NCBI GenBank assembly: GCA_963821705.1
Contig: CAWGEV010000008.1
Coordinates: 127,023 to 191,022 of the forward strand
Length of the DNA stretch: 64,000 bases
Direction: 5' to 3'
From: an uncultured Solirubrobacterales bacterium
GTDB taxonomy: Bacteria > Actinomycetota > Thermoleophilia > Solirubrobacterales > 70-9
Under the pieces are notes generated by a model. That model searched no databases. It had not been told where the DNA came from and was given only the letters and a program-made list of their open reading frames with translations. Position 1 is the stretch's first letter. Each line of letters starts with the position of its first letter. The position numbers and the translations under genes were made by a program. This document shows, one piece after another, positions 45,662-54,856 of the stretch.

Positions 45662-45696
45662 ATCAGTCTTCAAGAGCGCCTCGAGAGGAGGGCGGC

Positions 45697-46827
45697 ATGC
45701 CCGCGGTCGGCACCGAACAGGACGCTTCCCACCTGCGCAGGGCCCTGGAGCTCGCGGGGGGCGGTCGTGGGCGAGTCAGCCCCAACCCGATGGTGGGCGC
45801 GGTCCTCGTCCGCGACGGAGAGGTGATCGGCGAGGGGTTCCATGCCGAGCTCGGAGGGCTCCACGCCGAGCGCGCCGCGATCGAGGACGCCCGCGCCCGC
45901 GGTGAGGATCCGGCCGGCTCCACGATCTACGTGACGCTCGAGCCGTGCGCCCACACCGGCCGCCAGCCACCCTGCACGGAGGCGATCCTGGAGGCCGGGA
46001 TCTCACGTGTCCTCTACGCCTCCGAGGACCCCACCGACAAGGCATCCGGCCGCGGGCCCGGGATGCTGCGCGACGGTGCGGTCGAGGTCGAGCTCGCGGG
46101 AGGCCCCGAGGCGAGCGCCGCGAGGCTCCTGAACCAACCCTTCCGGAAGCGAGCGCGGACGGGCCGCCCCCTGGTCACCTACAAGGCGGCGATGTCCCTC
46201 GACGGCCGTGTCGCGTCTCCAACCGGCGACTCTCGCTGGATCTCCAGCGTTGAGAGCCGCGAGCTCGTCCACCGGTGGCGGGCCGAATGCGACGCGGTCG
46301 CAGTCGGCATCGGCACGGCCCTTGCCGACGACCCGCTGCTCACCGCCCGGCTCGAGGACGCCCCCCGCCAGCCGGCGCGCGTCGTCTTCGACTCGCAGGC
46401 CCGCCTTCCGCTCGACTCCGCGCTGGTGCTCTCGGCCGACGAGGTGCCGCTGCTCGTCCTCTGCGCACCCGAGGCCCCGTCGGCGCGCCGCGACGCGCTC
46501 GAGCGGGCCGGTGCGGAGGTGATCGTCGCGCCCGGGCGGACCGAGCAGGATCGCCTGCTGGCCGGCCTCGACGAGCTGGGTCGCCGCAAGATCCAGGATC
46601 TCCTGCTCGAGGGCGGCCCGACGCTCGCCGGCACGATGTTCGACGCCGGGGAAATCGACGAGGTCAGGCTCTTCGTGGCGCCGGTGCTCGTCGGCGCGGC
46701 CGGCGCACGAGCAGTTCTGGAGGGGACCGGGGCCTCCCGCATCGCGGACGGCGTCCGGCCGCTGGCCACCGACTTCGAGCGCGTGGGCGAGGACATGCTC
46801 GTCCGCGCGAGGCTTAGGGAATGGTGA
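45697..46827 (+). CDS. ribD: Bifunctional diaminohydroxyphosphoribosylaminopyrimidine deaminase / 5-amino-6-(5-phosphoribosylamino)uracil reductase
   Basis: Deaminase zinc motifs HAERAAI and PCAHTGRQPPC, C-terminal reductase domain. GAGGAGGG Shine-Dalgarno sequence. Confidence 0.93.
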   Translation: MPAVGTEQDASHLRRALELAGGGRGRVSPNPMVGAVLVRDGEVIGEGFHAELGGLHAERAAIEDARARGEDPAGSTIYVTLEPCAHTGRQPPCTEAILEAGISRVLYASEDPTDKASGRGPGMLRDGAVEVELAGGPEASAARLLNQPFRKRARTGRPLVTYKAAMSLDGRVASPTGDSRWISSVESRELVHRWRAECDAVAVGIGTALADDPLLTARLEDAPRQPARVVFDSQARLPLDSALVLSADEVPLLVLCAPEAPSARRDALERAGAEVIVAPGRTEQDRLLAGLDELGRRKIQDLLLEGGPTLAGTMFDAGEIDEVRLFVAPVLVGAAGARAVLEGTGASRIADGVRPLATDFERVGEDMLVRARLREW

Positions 46828-46834
46828 TGGGCTG

Positions 46835-47449
46835 ATGTTCACCGGAATCGTCAAGGAGCTGGGACGGGTCGACGCCGTCGACTCCTCCGAGGAGGGCGCC
46901 CGGCTGCGCATCCGGGCCGAGCTCGCATCGGAGCTCGAGGTGGGCGACTCGGTGGCGGTCAACGGCGCGTGCCTCACCGCCACCGCCGTCGAGGGGGACA
47001 CCTTCTCCGCCGACGTGATGCATCAGACGCTCTCACTCACCACGCTGGGCGAGCTGGACTCTTCCTCGCCGGTGAACCTCGAGCTTCCCCTCCGGCCGGC
47101 GGACCGGCTCGGCGGTCACGTGGTCCAGGGCCACGTCGACGGAACGGCGACCGTCACCGACGTCTCGCCGGACGGCTTCGCCACGCGGCTCACGATCGAG
47201 TTGCCGGACGAGCTCCTGCCCTATGTGGTCGATCGGGGATCGATCGCGATCGAGGGGGTCAGCCTCACGATCGCCGGTCTCACTGACCCCGAGCTGGAGG
47301 TCTCCCTGATCCCCGAGACGCTCGAGCGGACCACCCTCGGTGGAGTTGCGCCCGGGGACCGGGTCAACGTCGAGTGCGACGTGCTGGCCCGCTACGTACG
47401 ACGTCAGCTGTCAGGTGACGCGGGCCTGTCACCCTTAACCAAGGAGTAG
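46835..47449 (+). CDS. ribE: Riboflavin synthase (alpha chain)
   Basis: MFTGIVKELG N-terminus and the duplicated lumazine-binding repeat (GDSVAVNGACLT / GSIAIEGVSLT). Confidence 0.93.
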   Translation: MFTGIVKELGRVDAVDSSEEGARLRIRAELASELEVGDSVAVNGACLTATAVEGDTFSADVMHQTLSLTTLGELDSSSPVNLELPLRPADRLGGHVVQGHVDGTATVTDVSPDGFATRLTIELPDELLPYVVDRGSIAIEGVSLTIAGLTDPELEVSLIPETLERTTLGGVAPGDRVNVECDVLARYVRRQLSGDAGLSPLTKE

Positions 47450-47452
47450 CCG

Positions 47453-48799
47453 ATGGCCAAGAGCACCAAGGAACCCAGCACCACCGAGAGGGCGACCGAC
47501 TCGCCGTTCGCCACCATCGAGGAGGCGATCGAGGACATCCGTCGCGGCCGGATGGTCGTCGTCTGCGACGACGAGAACCGCGAGAACGAGGGCGACCTGA
47601 CGCTCGCGGCCCAGTTCGCGACCCCGGAGGCCATCAACTTCATGGCGACCCACGGCAGGGGGCTGATCTGCCTGGCGCTGACTGACGAGCGCTGCAACGA
47701 GCTCGGGCTCAACCTGATGGCGGCGAAGAACGAGGCGCCCTTCCAGACCGCGTTCACCGTGTCGGTCGAGGCACGCGAGGGCGTCACCACCGGCATCTCG
47801 GCGGCCGATCGCGCCCGCACGATCCAGGTCGCGATCGATCCCCACTCACAGCCAGAGGACCTGGTGCAGCCCGGTCACGTCTTCCCGCTGAAGGCCAAGG
47901 ACGGAGGCGTGCTCGAGAGGACCGGCCAGACGGAGGCAGCGATCGACCTGGCGCGCCTCGCCGGCCTGATCCCCGCCGGGGTGATCTGCGAGATCATGAA
48001 CGAGGACGGGACCATGGCCCGGGTACCCGACCTCGTTGAGTACTGCGACAAGCACGACCTGAAGATGATCACGGTCGCCGACCTGATCGCCTACCGGCGC
48101 CGCACCGAGAAGCTGGTCGAGCGGATCGTCTCCACCAGGCTCCCGACCAAGTTCGGCGAGTTCAGCGCGGTCGGCTACCGATCGCTGATCGACGACAAGC
48201 ACCACGTCGCGATGGTCAAGGGCGAGGTGGCGGGCGTCGAGGACGTGCTCGTCCGGGTGCACTCCGAGTGCCTCACCGGCGACGTCTTCCACTCGCTGCG
48301 CTGCGACTGTGGCGAGCAGCTCGAGGCGGCGCTGGCCACGATCGAGCGGGAGGGCAAGGGCGTGCTGCTCTACCTGTCCCAGGAGGGACGCGGGATCGGC
48401 CTCCTCAACAAGCTGCGGGCGTACAAGCTCCAGGAGGAGGGCCTCGACACCGTCGACGCCAACCTGAAGCTCGGGCTCCCCGCCGACCTCCGCGACTACG
48501 GCATCGGCGCCCAGATCCTGGTCGACCTGGGGCTGTCGAGCATCCGGATCCTCACCAACAACCCGAAGAAGATCCTCGGGCTTGAGGGTTACGGGCTGTC
48601 GGTCACCGACCAGGTGCCGATCCAGTCGGTGCCCAACCCCCACAACGAGGCCTATCTGAACGCCAAGCGGGACCGGATGGGCCACGCGCTGCACCACCAG
48701 GGCCTGCCGCTGGACGAGCAGCTGCTCTACGAGGAGCAGCGCAAGGACGAGGAGAGCCGCCGCGAGGAGGCTCCCGGCGACTACCCGCCCGGGGACTAG
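47453..48799 (+). CDS. ribBA: Bifunctional 3,4-dihydroxy-2-butanone-4-phosphate synthase / GTP cyclohydrolase II
   Basis: [11 protein letters not shown] (DHBP synthase) and [20 protein letters not shown] (GCH II zinc site). Confidence 0.95.
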   Translation: MAKSTKEPSTTERATDSPFATIEEAIEDIRRGRMVVVCDDENRENEGDLTLAAQFATPEAINFMATHGRGLICLALTDERCNELGLNLMAAKNEAPFQTAFTVSVEAREGVTTGISAADRARTIQVAIDPHSQPEDLVQPGHVFPLKAKDGGVLERTGQTEAAIDLARLAGLIPAGVICEIMNEDGTMARVPDLVEYCDKHDLKMITVADLIAYRRRTEKLVERIVSTRLPTKFGEFSAVGYRSLIDDKHHVAMVKGEVAGVEDVLVRVHSECLTGDVFHSLRCDCGEQLEAALATIEREGKGVLLYLSQEGRGIGLLNKLRAYKLQEEGLDTVDANLKLGLPADLRDYGIGAQILVDLGLSSIRILTNNPKKILGLEGYGLSVTDQVPIQSVPNPHNEAYLNAKRDRMGHALHHQGLPLDEQLLYEEQRKDEESRREEAPGDYPPGD

Positions 48800-48827
48800 A
48801 CCCGGGCACTCCGGATAGGTTCCACCG

Positions 48828-49271
48828 ATGGCCGACCTGGCGACCATGGAGTTCGCTGTCTGCGTCGCGACCTTCTACGAGGACCTTGCCGAGCGGCTGG
48901 TGAACGGCGCGCTCGAGGCCTTCGGCGAGGAGGGCGTCGCCCCGACATCGGTTCACACCCAGGAGGTCCCCGGCGCCTTCGAGCTGCCGCTGGCGGCGAA
49001 GCTCTGCGCCGAGTCCGGGCGGTTCGCCGGGGTGGCCTGCCTGGGAGTCGTGATCCGGGGCGAGACCAACCACTACGACTACGTCTGCGCGGAGGCGGCC
49101 AGCGGGATCCAGCGCGTCCAGCTCGACACCGGCGTGCCTTGCTCGTTCGGGGTGATCACCTGCGACACCCGCGAGCAGGCGGAGGCGCGTGCGGGCGGCG
49201 ACAAGCGGGATCAGGGGCGAAACGCGGCGATCGCCGTGATGCGGATGGCGGAGTTGCGGGACTCGATCTAG
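48828..49271 (+). CDS. ribH: 6,7-dimethyl-8-ribityllumazine synthase
   Basis: EVPGAFELP and VITC motifs. 147 aa. Last gene of the rib operon. Confidence 0.92.
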   Translation: MADLATMEFAVCVATFYEDLAERLVNGALEAFGEEGVAPTSVHTQEVPGAFELPLAAKLCAESGRFAGVACLGVVIRGETNHYDYVCAEAASGIQRVQLDTGVPCSFGVITCDTREQAEARAGGDKRDQGRNAAIAVMRMAELRDSI

Positions 49272-49287
49272 CTACCATGGCCGTCCG

Positions 49288-49482
49288 ATGGCCAAGGTCT
49301 GTCACAGCTGCGGCAAGCGCCCCGCGTTCGGCAACTCGCGGAGCCACTCGATGGTCGCCACCCGGCGGCGCTTCAACCCGAACCTGCAGAAGGTCCGGAT
49401 CCAGGAGCCCGGCGGCGGCACCCAGCGAGTCTACGTCTGCGCCCGCTGCCTGAAGTCGAACAAGGTCATCAAGGCGGTCTGA
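49288..49482 (+). CDS. rpmB: 50S ribosomal protein L28
   Basis: [37 protein letters not shown] is a canonical L28 sequence. 64 aa. Confidence 0.95.
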   Translation: MAKVCHSCGKRPAFGNSRSHSMVATRRRFNPNLQKVRIQEPGGGTQRVYVCARCLKSNKVIKAV

Positions 49483-49502
49483 CGGCACCCGCTTCCTGAC
49501 TC

Positions 49503-50162
49503 GTGAGGCATGCCAGCGGGGAGATCCTGGCGCTGGGCATCGGCGTTGCGCTCAGCCCGGCGGCGATCATCACCGTGATCCTGATGCTCGCGGCACGGGA
49601 GGGGCGGGCAAGCGCTCTGGCGTTTGTCGCGGGCTGGATGGTCAGCCTCGGGGTCCTGGGGACGATCGTGCTGCTGGTCGCCGACGGCGCGGACGCGCGC
49701 CGCAACGATTCGCCGGCAGACTGGGTGGTAGCGCTACAGATCGTTCTCGGGGGACTGCTGCTGGTGGTGGCCGTGCGACAGTGGCGCTCGCGAACTGAGG
49801 CGGAGTCCGAGCCGGCCGCCTGGATGCAGAAGGTCGATACCTTGACGCCGCTCAGGGCCATCGGGCTGGCCGTTCTGCTGGCTTCGGTGAAACCCAAGAA
49901 CCTGATCCTCACGGTGAGCGCGGCCATCGCCATCGCGGAGACCGGCGTGAGCGGAAGCGCACAAGCGGGCGCGCTCGCGGTGTTCGTGTTGCTGGGGACG
50001 CTCGGACCCGGTATCCCGCTGGCGATCTCTCTCTTCATGCGCGAGCGGGCCGCGGTCGTCCTCGGGGGTGTTCGTGACTGGATGGTCCGAGAGAACGCGA
50101 CGATCATCGCCGTCCTCTGTGTCGTCTTCTCCGCCAAGCTGCTCGGCGACGCCATCTCGTGA
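49503..50162 (+). CDS. GAP-family (Sap/DUF2910-like) integral membrane protein
   Basis: About 6 TM helices. N-terminus ILALGIGVALSPAAIITVILML. GTG start. The family call is from pattern memory. Confidence 0.5.
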   Translation: MRHASGEILALGIGVALSPAAIITVILMLAAREGRASALAFVAGWMVSLGVLGTIVLLVADGADARRNDSPADWVVALQIVLGGLLLVVAVRQWRSRTEAESEPAAWMQKVDTLTPLRAIGLAVLLASVKPKNLILTVSAAIAIAETGVSGSAQAGALAVFVLLGTLGPGIPLAISLFMRERAAVVLGGVRDWMVRENATIIAVLCVVFSAKLLGDAIS

Positions 50163-51172
50163 AGGCGGGCACCGCGCTCGTGTTGGCGGTCGCCATCGCC
50201 GGTGGCGGGCTCGTCATCGGTTGCGGAGGTTCCGACCGGTCGAGCGAGTCGGCCTTGAAATGCAACGGCAGCACCGCACTGTGTGAGCGGCCCCTGAACC
50301 AGGTGGTCTTCCCGGCCACCCACAACGCCTACGCGGGCGCCGACGTCCCCGGCTTCCGCTTCCCGCAGCAGGACGCGGGAATTCCTGCCCAGCTCGAGGA
50401 CGGCATCCGGGGTCTGTGGATCGATGCCTATTACGGCTTCCCGGGCGAGCGCGTCTATACCGACACCTCACGGATCAATCCGTCGATGAACGCCCAGATC
50501 GAGGAGCAGCTGGGTCCGGCGTTCAAGGCCGCGGCCAGGCGCGCGCGGGCCAGGATCTCCCGCCCGCGTGGCGAGCAGCCGCGCATCTACCTCTGTCACG
50601 GATTCTGCGAGCTCGGCGCCGTCGAGGCGCTCGGCGCATTCCGCGAGATCGCCCGATTCCTTGGCCAACGCCCCGATGAGGTCCTGATCATCGAGATCGA
50701 GGACTACGTGGCGCCGAAGGACATGATCGCCGTGATCGAAGAGAGCGGCCTCGCCCCGTACATCTATCGCGGGCCGGCAGGGCCGCCCTGGCCAACCCTC
50801 AGGCAGATGATCGACAGCGGGCAGAGGGTCCTGATCGCCGCCGAGCATCGAAGCGGAGTAGCTCCGTGGTACCACCGGACGGACCGGCTCTTTCAGGAGA
50901 CGCCGTTCGACTTCAGGCGGCCCTCGCAGATGAGCTGCGCCCCCAACCGGGGCAGCGAAAGCAACTCGCTCTTCCTGCTCAACCACTGGATCAACACTGA
51001 TCCGAAGCCGCTGCGGGCAACGGCCAGGGTCGTTAACCGCTACAGCTTCCTGCTGCGGCGAGCGCAACGCTGCGAGTCCGAGCGCGGCCTGTTGCCGAAC
51101 GTGGTGTCGGTCGACTTCTACCGTGAAGGCGGGCTCTTCAGGGTGGTCCGGACATTGAACGGCGTGCGATGA
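50159..51172 (+). CDS. Lipoprotein with PI-PLC X-domain-like (PLC-like phosphodiesterase) fold
   Basis: Lipobox LVIGC after a signal peptide. FPATHNAYA resembles the PI-PLC X-box. GTGA overlap with the preceding gene. Confidence 0.45.
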   Translation: MKAGTALVLAVAIAGGGLVIGCGGSDRSSESALKCNGSTALCERPLNQVVFPATHNAYAGADVPGFRFPQQDAGIPAQLEDGIRGLWIDAYYGFPGERVYTDTSRINPSMNAQIEEQLGPAFKAAARRARARISRPRGEQPRIYLCHGFCELGAVEALGAFREIARFLGQRPDEVLIIEIEDYVAPKDMIAVIEESGLAPYIYRGPAGPPWPTLRQMIDSGQRVLIAAEHRSGVAPWYHRTDRLFQETPFDFRRPSQMSCAPNRGSESNSLFLLNHWINTDPKPLRATARVVNRYSFLLRRAQRCESERGLLPNVVSVDFYREGGLFRVVRTLNGVR

Positions 51173-51204
51173 AGCGCAAGGGCTAAGGTCCTCTCACTCC
51201 CCGC

Positions 51205-52833
51205 ATGGCTGATCCTTCGATAGAGCGCTTCCGTCGCGTGGTCAGCGCGGCCGCCGCCCACCTGGAGGAGCGGCGCAAGGAAGTCAACGACCTCAACGTC
51301 TTCCCGGTTGCCGACGGCGACACGGGGGACAACATGGCGCTCACCCTACGCGCCGTCAGCGAGGAGCTCGATCGCCTCGACGGGCAGATGGTGGACGAGA
51401 TCGGCCGCACCGAGCTCGTCAACGCCCTCGCTCGCGCGGCCCTGATGGGCGCCAGGGGGAACTCCGGGGTGATCCTCAGTCAGATCGTTCGCGGAGCCGC
51501 AGAGGAGCTGGCCAGCCGCCCCGGGGAGCTGGTGGATCCCATGCTGGTCGCGGCGGCGTTCGCCCGCGCCGCGGACGCGGCGTACGAGTCGGTCCGCGAG
51601 CCCGCGGAGGGGACGATGCTCACGGTCTTCCGCGAGATGGCGCACTCGATCTCCAGGCGGCTCGCCCACATGCAGGAGGTGAGGCTCTCGCCGGACGCGA
51701 CGCCGGCCGTGCAGGACGCGCTGCTGGCTGAGCTGCTCGAGGAGGCCGTCAAGGACGGGGAGGAGGCGGTCGCTCGCACGCCGGAACAGCTCGAGGTGCT
51801 GAGGGAGTCCGGCGTGGTCGATGCCGGGGCACACGGCCTGGTGGTGATCCTGGCCGGGGTGGTTGCGGGGCTGCGTGGCAGCGACGAGCTCTCCGAGGCG
51901 GTTCCCCACTACGCGCCCGCGACCGACACGCGCCCGCATCACGAGGACAGCCGCTACCGCTACTGCACGAACTTCATCGTCACCGGTTCGGGACTCGAGA
52001 GCCGATCGTTCGTCCCGATGCTCGAGGAGCTGGGCGATTCGGTGCTCGTGGTCGGCGACGAGGCCACCCTCAAGGTCCATGTCCACACCGACGGGCCGGA
52101 GGCGGCCGTGAGGCTGTTCGAGGCAGCCGGTCACGTCACGCAGCAACTCGACGTCGCCGACATGCGCGAGCAGATCGCCGAGCGGAGCGCCCGCCTGCAG
52201 GCCGGACGCTGCGCCGCGGTCGCGGTCGTCGCCGGACGAGGCATGCGAGAGCTCTACGAGAGCCTTGGCGCCTTCGTCGTCGATGGAGGGGAGACCTTCA
52301 ACCCTTCGATCTACGACCTGCTCGCGGCGATCCACGAGGTGCCCTCCGAGGAGGTCCTGGTCTTCCCGAACAATCCGAATGTGGTGATGGCTTCGGAGCG
52401 AGCCGCAGAGCTCTCGGACAAACAGGCTCGCGTGGTGCCCTGCACCTCGCAGCAGGCTGGCGTGGCCGCGCTGGTCGAGCTTGATCCCGGCGCGTCGATC
52501 GACGAGAACGCCGAGCGCGTCGAGGATGCGCTCGCCGGGATCCGCGCCGGGTCGGTCGCGCCGGCCGCCCGCGACGACGCCAAGGGGCGGTTCGTCAAGG
52601 GGGACGCCGTCGGCTTCGTCGGCGACGAGATCGTCGCCTGGGGAGGGGCGGGCTCGACCCTCACCGAGACCATGGCCAGGCTCGCCGAGGGAGCGGAGAT
52701 CCTCACCGTGGTGAGCGGGGAGGGGGCGCCGATCGCGCTCGACGAGCTCCAGACCCACGCGCCCGACGGCGTCGAGATCGAGATTCACGAGGGCGGTCAG
52801 CCCCACTACTGGTGGCTGTTGGCTGCGCAGTGA
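51205..52833 (+). CDS. yloV: DAK2-domain fusion protein YloV (DhaL-like plus DegV-like C-domain)
   Basis: FPVADGDTGDNMALT DhaL motif. 542 aa. The usual rpmB / yloV / recG neighbourhood. Confidence 0.88.
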   Translation: MADPSIERFRRVVSAAAAHLEERRKEVNDLNVFPVADGDTGDNMALTLRAVSEELDRLDGQMVDEIGRTELVNALARAALMGARGNSGVILSQIVRGAAEELASRPGELVDPMLVAAAFARAADAAYESVREPAEGTMLTVFREMAHSISRRLAHMQEVRLSPDATPAVQDALLAELLEEAVKDGEEAVARTPEQLEVLRESGVVDAGAHGLVVILAGVVAGLRGSDELSEAVPHYAPATDTRPHHEDSRYRYCTNFIVTGSGLESRSFVPMLEELGDSVLVVGDEATLKVHVHTDGPEAAVRLFEAAGHVTQQLDVADMREQIAERSARLQAGRCAAVAVVAGRGMRELYESLGAFVVDGGETFNPSIYDLLAAIHEVPSEEVLVFPNNPNVVMASERAAELSDKQARVVPCTSQQAGVAALVELDPGASIDENAERVEDALAGIRAGSVAPAARDDAKGRFVKGDAVGFVGDEIVAWGGAGSTLTETMARLAEGAEILTVVSGEGAPIALDELQTHAPDGVEIEIHEGGQPHYWWLLAAQ

Positions 52834-53561
52834 GCTCGCTGCTCGACGAGGCCATCGACGGAGCCGGAGGTCGCCGCCGGTGGAAGAAGGTCGGCGGGAT
52901 TTCTGCCCACGTCAACTCTGGCGGCCTCCTGATGCGACTCAAGGGAAGGGCCAAGAGCTTCCGCGACTACGGGGTCAGCGTGACCACGGAGCGGCAGAGC
53001 GCCGTGTTCCAGCCCTATCCGGCCAAGGGATCCACCGGCGTGTTCGATGCCGGGTCCGTGCGGATCGAGGGGCCCGATGGCGGTACGCGCTCTGAGCGCC
53101 GCGACGCTCGCAGCGAGTTCTTCGGGCTCGCCGGTCTGCGCCGGGACCTTCGCTGGGACGACCTGGACGCTCTCTATTTCGCCGGCTATGCGTGGTGGAA
53201 CTACCTGAACATCCCGTTCGTGCTCGAGACCCCTGGGTTCGAGGTCTCGGAGGGGGAGCCCCTGGACGTGGACGGAGAAACGTGGCGCCGTCTCGACGCC
53301 ATCTTCCCGGAGGGTCTGCACACCCACTGCCGCCGCCAGGCCCTCTATTTCGGCCCGGACCGGCTCCTGCGGCGCCACGACTACCATCCCGACGTCGTCT
53401 CGTCACTGGCCAATGCAGCTCACCTGTGCGACGATCATCGCGAGTTCGACGGTCTTGTCTTTCCAACCAGGCGCAGGGTGGTCCCGCGCGGCCTCCGCGG
53501 CCGGCCCCTGCGCGGCCCCAGCATCGTCACGCTCGACGTGAGCTCGATCGAGGTCGACTGA
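52830..53561 (+). CDS. Conserved-looking hypothetical protein, no family recognised
   Basis: The GTG at 52830 overlaps the yloV stop (GTGA). GC3 is good. 243 aa. Its stop overlaps the next ATG (TGATG). Confidence 0.55.
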   Translation: MSSLLDEAIDGAGGRRRWKKVGGISAHVNSGGLLMRLKGRAKSFRDYGVSVTTERQSAVFQPYPAKGSTGVFDAGSVRIEGPDGGTRSERRDARSEFFGLAGLRRDLRWDDLDALYFAGYAWWNYLNIPFVLETPGFEVSEGEPLDVDGETWRRLDAIFPEGLHTHCRRQALYFGPDRLLRRHDYHPDVVSSLANAAHLCDDHREFDGLVFPTRRRVVPRGLRGRPLRGPSIVTLDVSSIEVD

Positions 53562-54319
53562 TGCCACCGGAGGGCGGGCTCCCGGTCCTCTGGCAGTACA
53601 GCTTCTCCAACTACAACGAGAAGGCGCGCTGGGCGCTGGACTTCAAGGGCGTCAGGCACGTGCGCAAGTCGCTGCTGCCCGGCGGCCCGAGGGCGATGGC
53701 TTTCTCACGGGGTGGCGGGACCCTGCCGGTGGTCGACCTCGATGGACGGCGGATCGTGGACTCAACCCGGATCATCGAGGCGCTCGAGGCCCGGCAACCC
53801 GAGCCGGCTCTCTATCCCGAGGACGCGGAGGAGAGGCGGAGGGCGCTCGAGATCCAGTCCTTCTTCACCGACCACATCGGTCACGACATGCGCCGCATCG
53901 GGTTCTGGGAGGGCCGCAACGAGAGGGCCTTCATGGGCGCCTTTCTCGCCACCGACCACGGGGCCGCGGCGCGGGTCCAGATGCGCGCCACGTTCCCCGT
54001 GGCCTGGCACTACGTCGTGCGGCGCTACGGCTTCGATCAGGAGTCCTTCGAGGAGAGCAAGCGTGCGGTCGCCGACGCCCTCGACCGGATCGAGTCGAAG
54101 CGCGAAGGGCGCGACCACCTGGTCGGCGACCGCTTCACCATCGCCGACCTCACTGCGGCCGCGCTGCTCTACCCCTTGGTCTGGCCGCCGGAATTCCAGT
54201 ACGAGCTGCCGGAGGCGCCCCACTCCGACTTCCTCGACTCCCTGGCGGGCCACCCGGCTCTCGGGTGGATCTCGGACACCTGGCGCCGCGATCGCGGCAC
54301 GTCGGCCGCCACGGGGTGA
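53561..54319 (+). CDS. Glutathione S-transferase family protein
   Basis: Thioredoxin-like N-domain (LWQYSFSNYNEKARWALDFKGV...LPVVDLDG) and a helical C-domain. The ATG at 53561 is coupled to the previous gene. Confidence 0.8.
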   Translation: MPPEGGLPVLWQYSFSNYNEKARWALDFKGVRHVRKSLLPGGPRAMAFSRGGGTLPVVDLDGRRIVDSTRIIEALEARQPEPALYPEDAEERRRALEIQSFFTDHIGHDMRRIGFWEGRNERAFMGAFLATDHGAAARVQMRATFPVAWHYVVRRYGFDQESFEESKRAVADALDRIESKREGRDHLVGDRFTIADLTAAALLYPLVWPPEFQYELPEAPHSDFLDSLAGHPALGWISDTWRRDRGTSAATG

Positions 54320-54322
54320 CGG

Positions 54323-54808
54323 CTACCAGCCCTCGGTGCCCGGCTCGCCCTTGAACGGCCCCTCGATCTCCTCGGTGATCCAGCCGCCGTAGTAGGCGCC
54401 GGGCTGGGGGGTGACCAGTTCGTCGTCGAGATACGCGGCGTCCACTCGGCGCGCGTAGAAGGCAAGGTGGTCCCTAAGCTGCTCGAAGCCGTCCTTCGGC
54501 TCCGGGTAGAACCAGGCCACCCGGTTCGCGCGCTTGCCGCCCGCCTCGGCATGGACATAGGACGCCGTTCCCTTCCACTCGCACTCCGTGTGGACGTCGT
54601 CCCCGGCGTCGATCAGCACGCCTTCGCGGACGTCCTCCCACGGCACGTAGATCGTCGGCGGGCTCGCCGTCTCCAGGACGCGCAGGGCCCGGTCGCTCTC
54701 GGCGATCGTCTCCCCGCCGAGCACGATCCGGACGTGTCGGTCGAGCGGCTCGACCCTGGGCGGCCGCGGATAGTCCCAGACTGATTCCTTCGCTCTCTGC
54801 ATAGTCAT
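54323..54808 (-). CDS. DUF427 domain protein
   Basis: KESVWDYPRPPRVEPLDRHVRIVLGGETIAES and AWFYPEP are typical DUF427 segments. 161 aa. Confidence 0.8.
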   Translation of the reverse strand: MTMQRAKESVWDYPRPPRVEPLDRHVRIVLGGETIAESDRALRVLETASPPTIYVPWEDVREGVLIDAGDDVHTECEWKGTASYVHAEAGGKRANRVAWFYPEPKDGFEQLRDHLAFYARRVDAAYLDDELVTPQPGAYYGGWITEEIEGPFKGEPGTEGW

Positions 54809-54856
54809 GTCTCAGAGTCCTGTGAGGCCATCCATCGTTACTCCTAGCCTGCTCTC

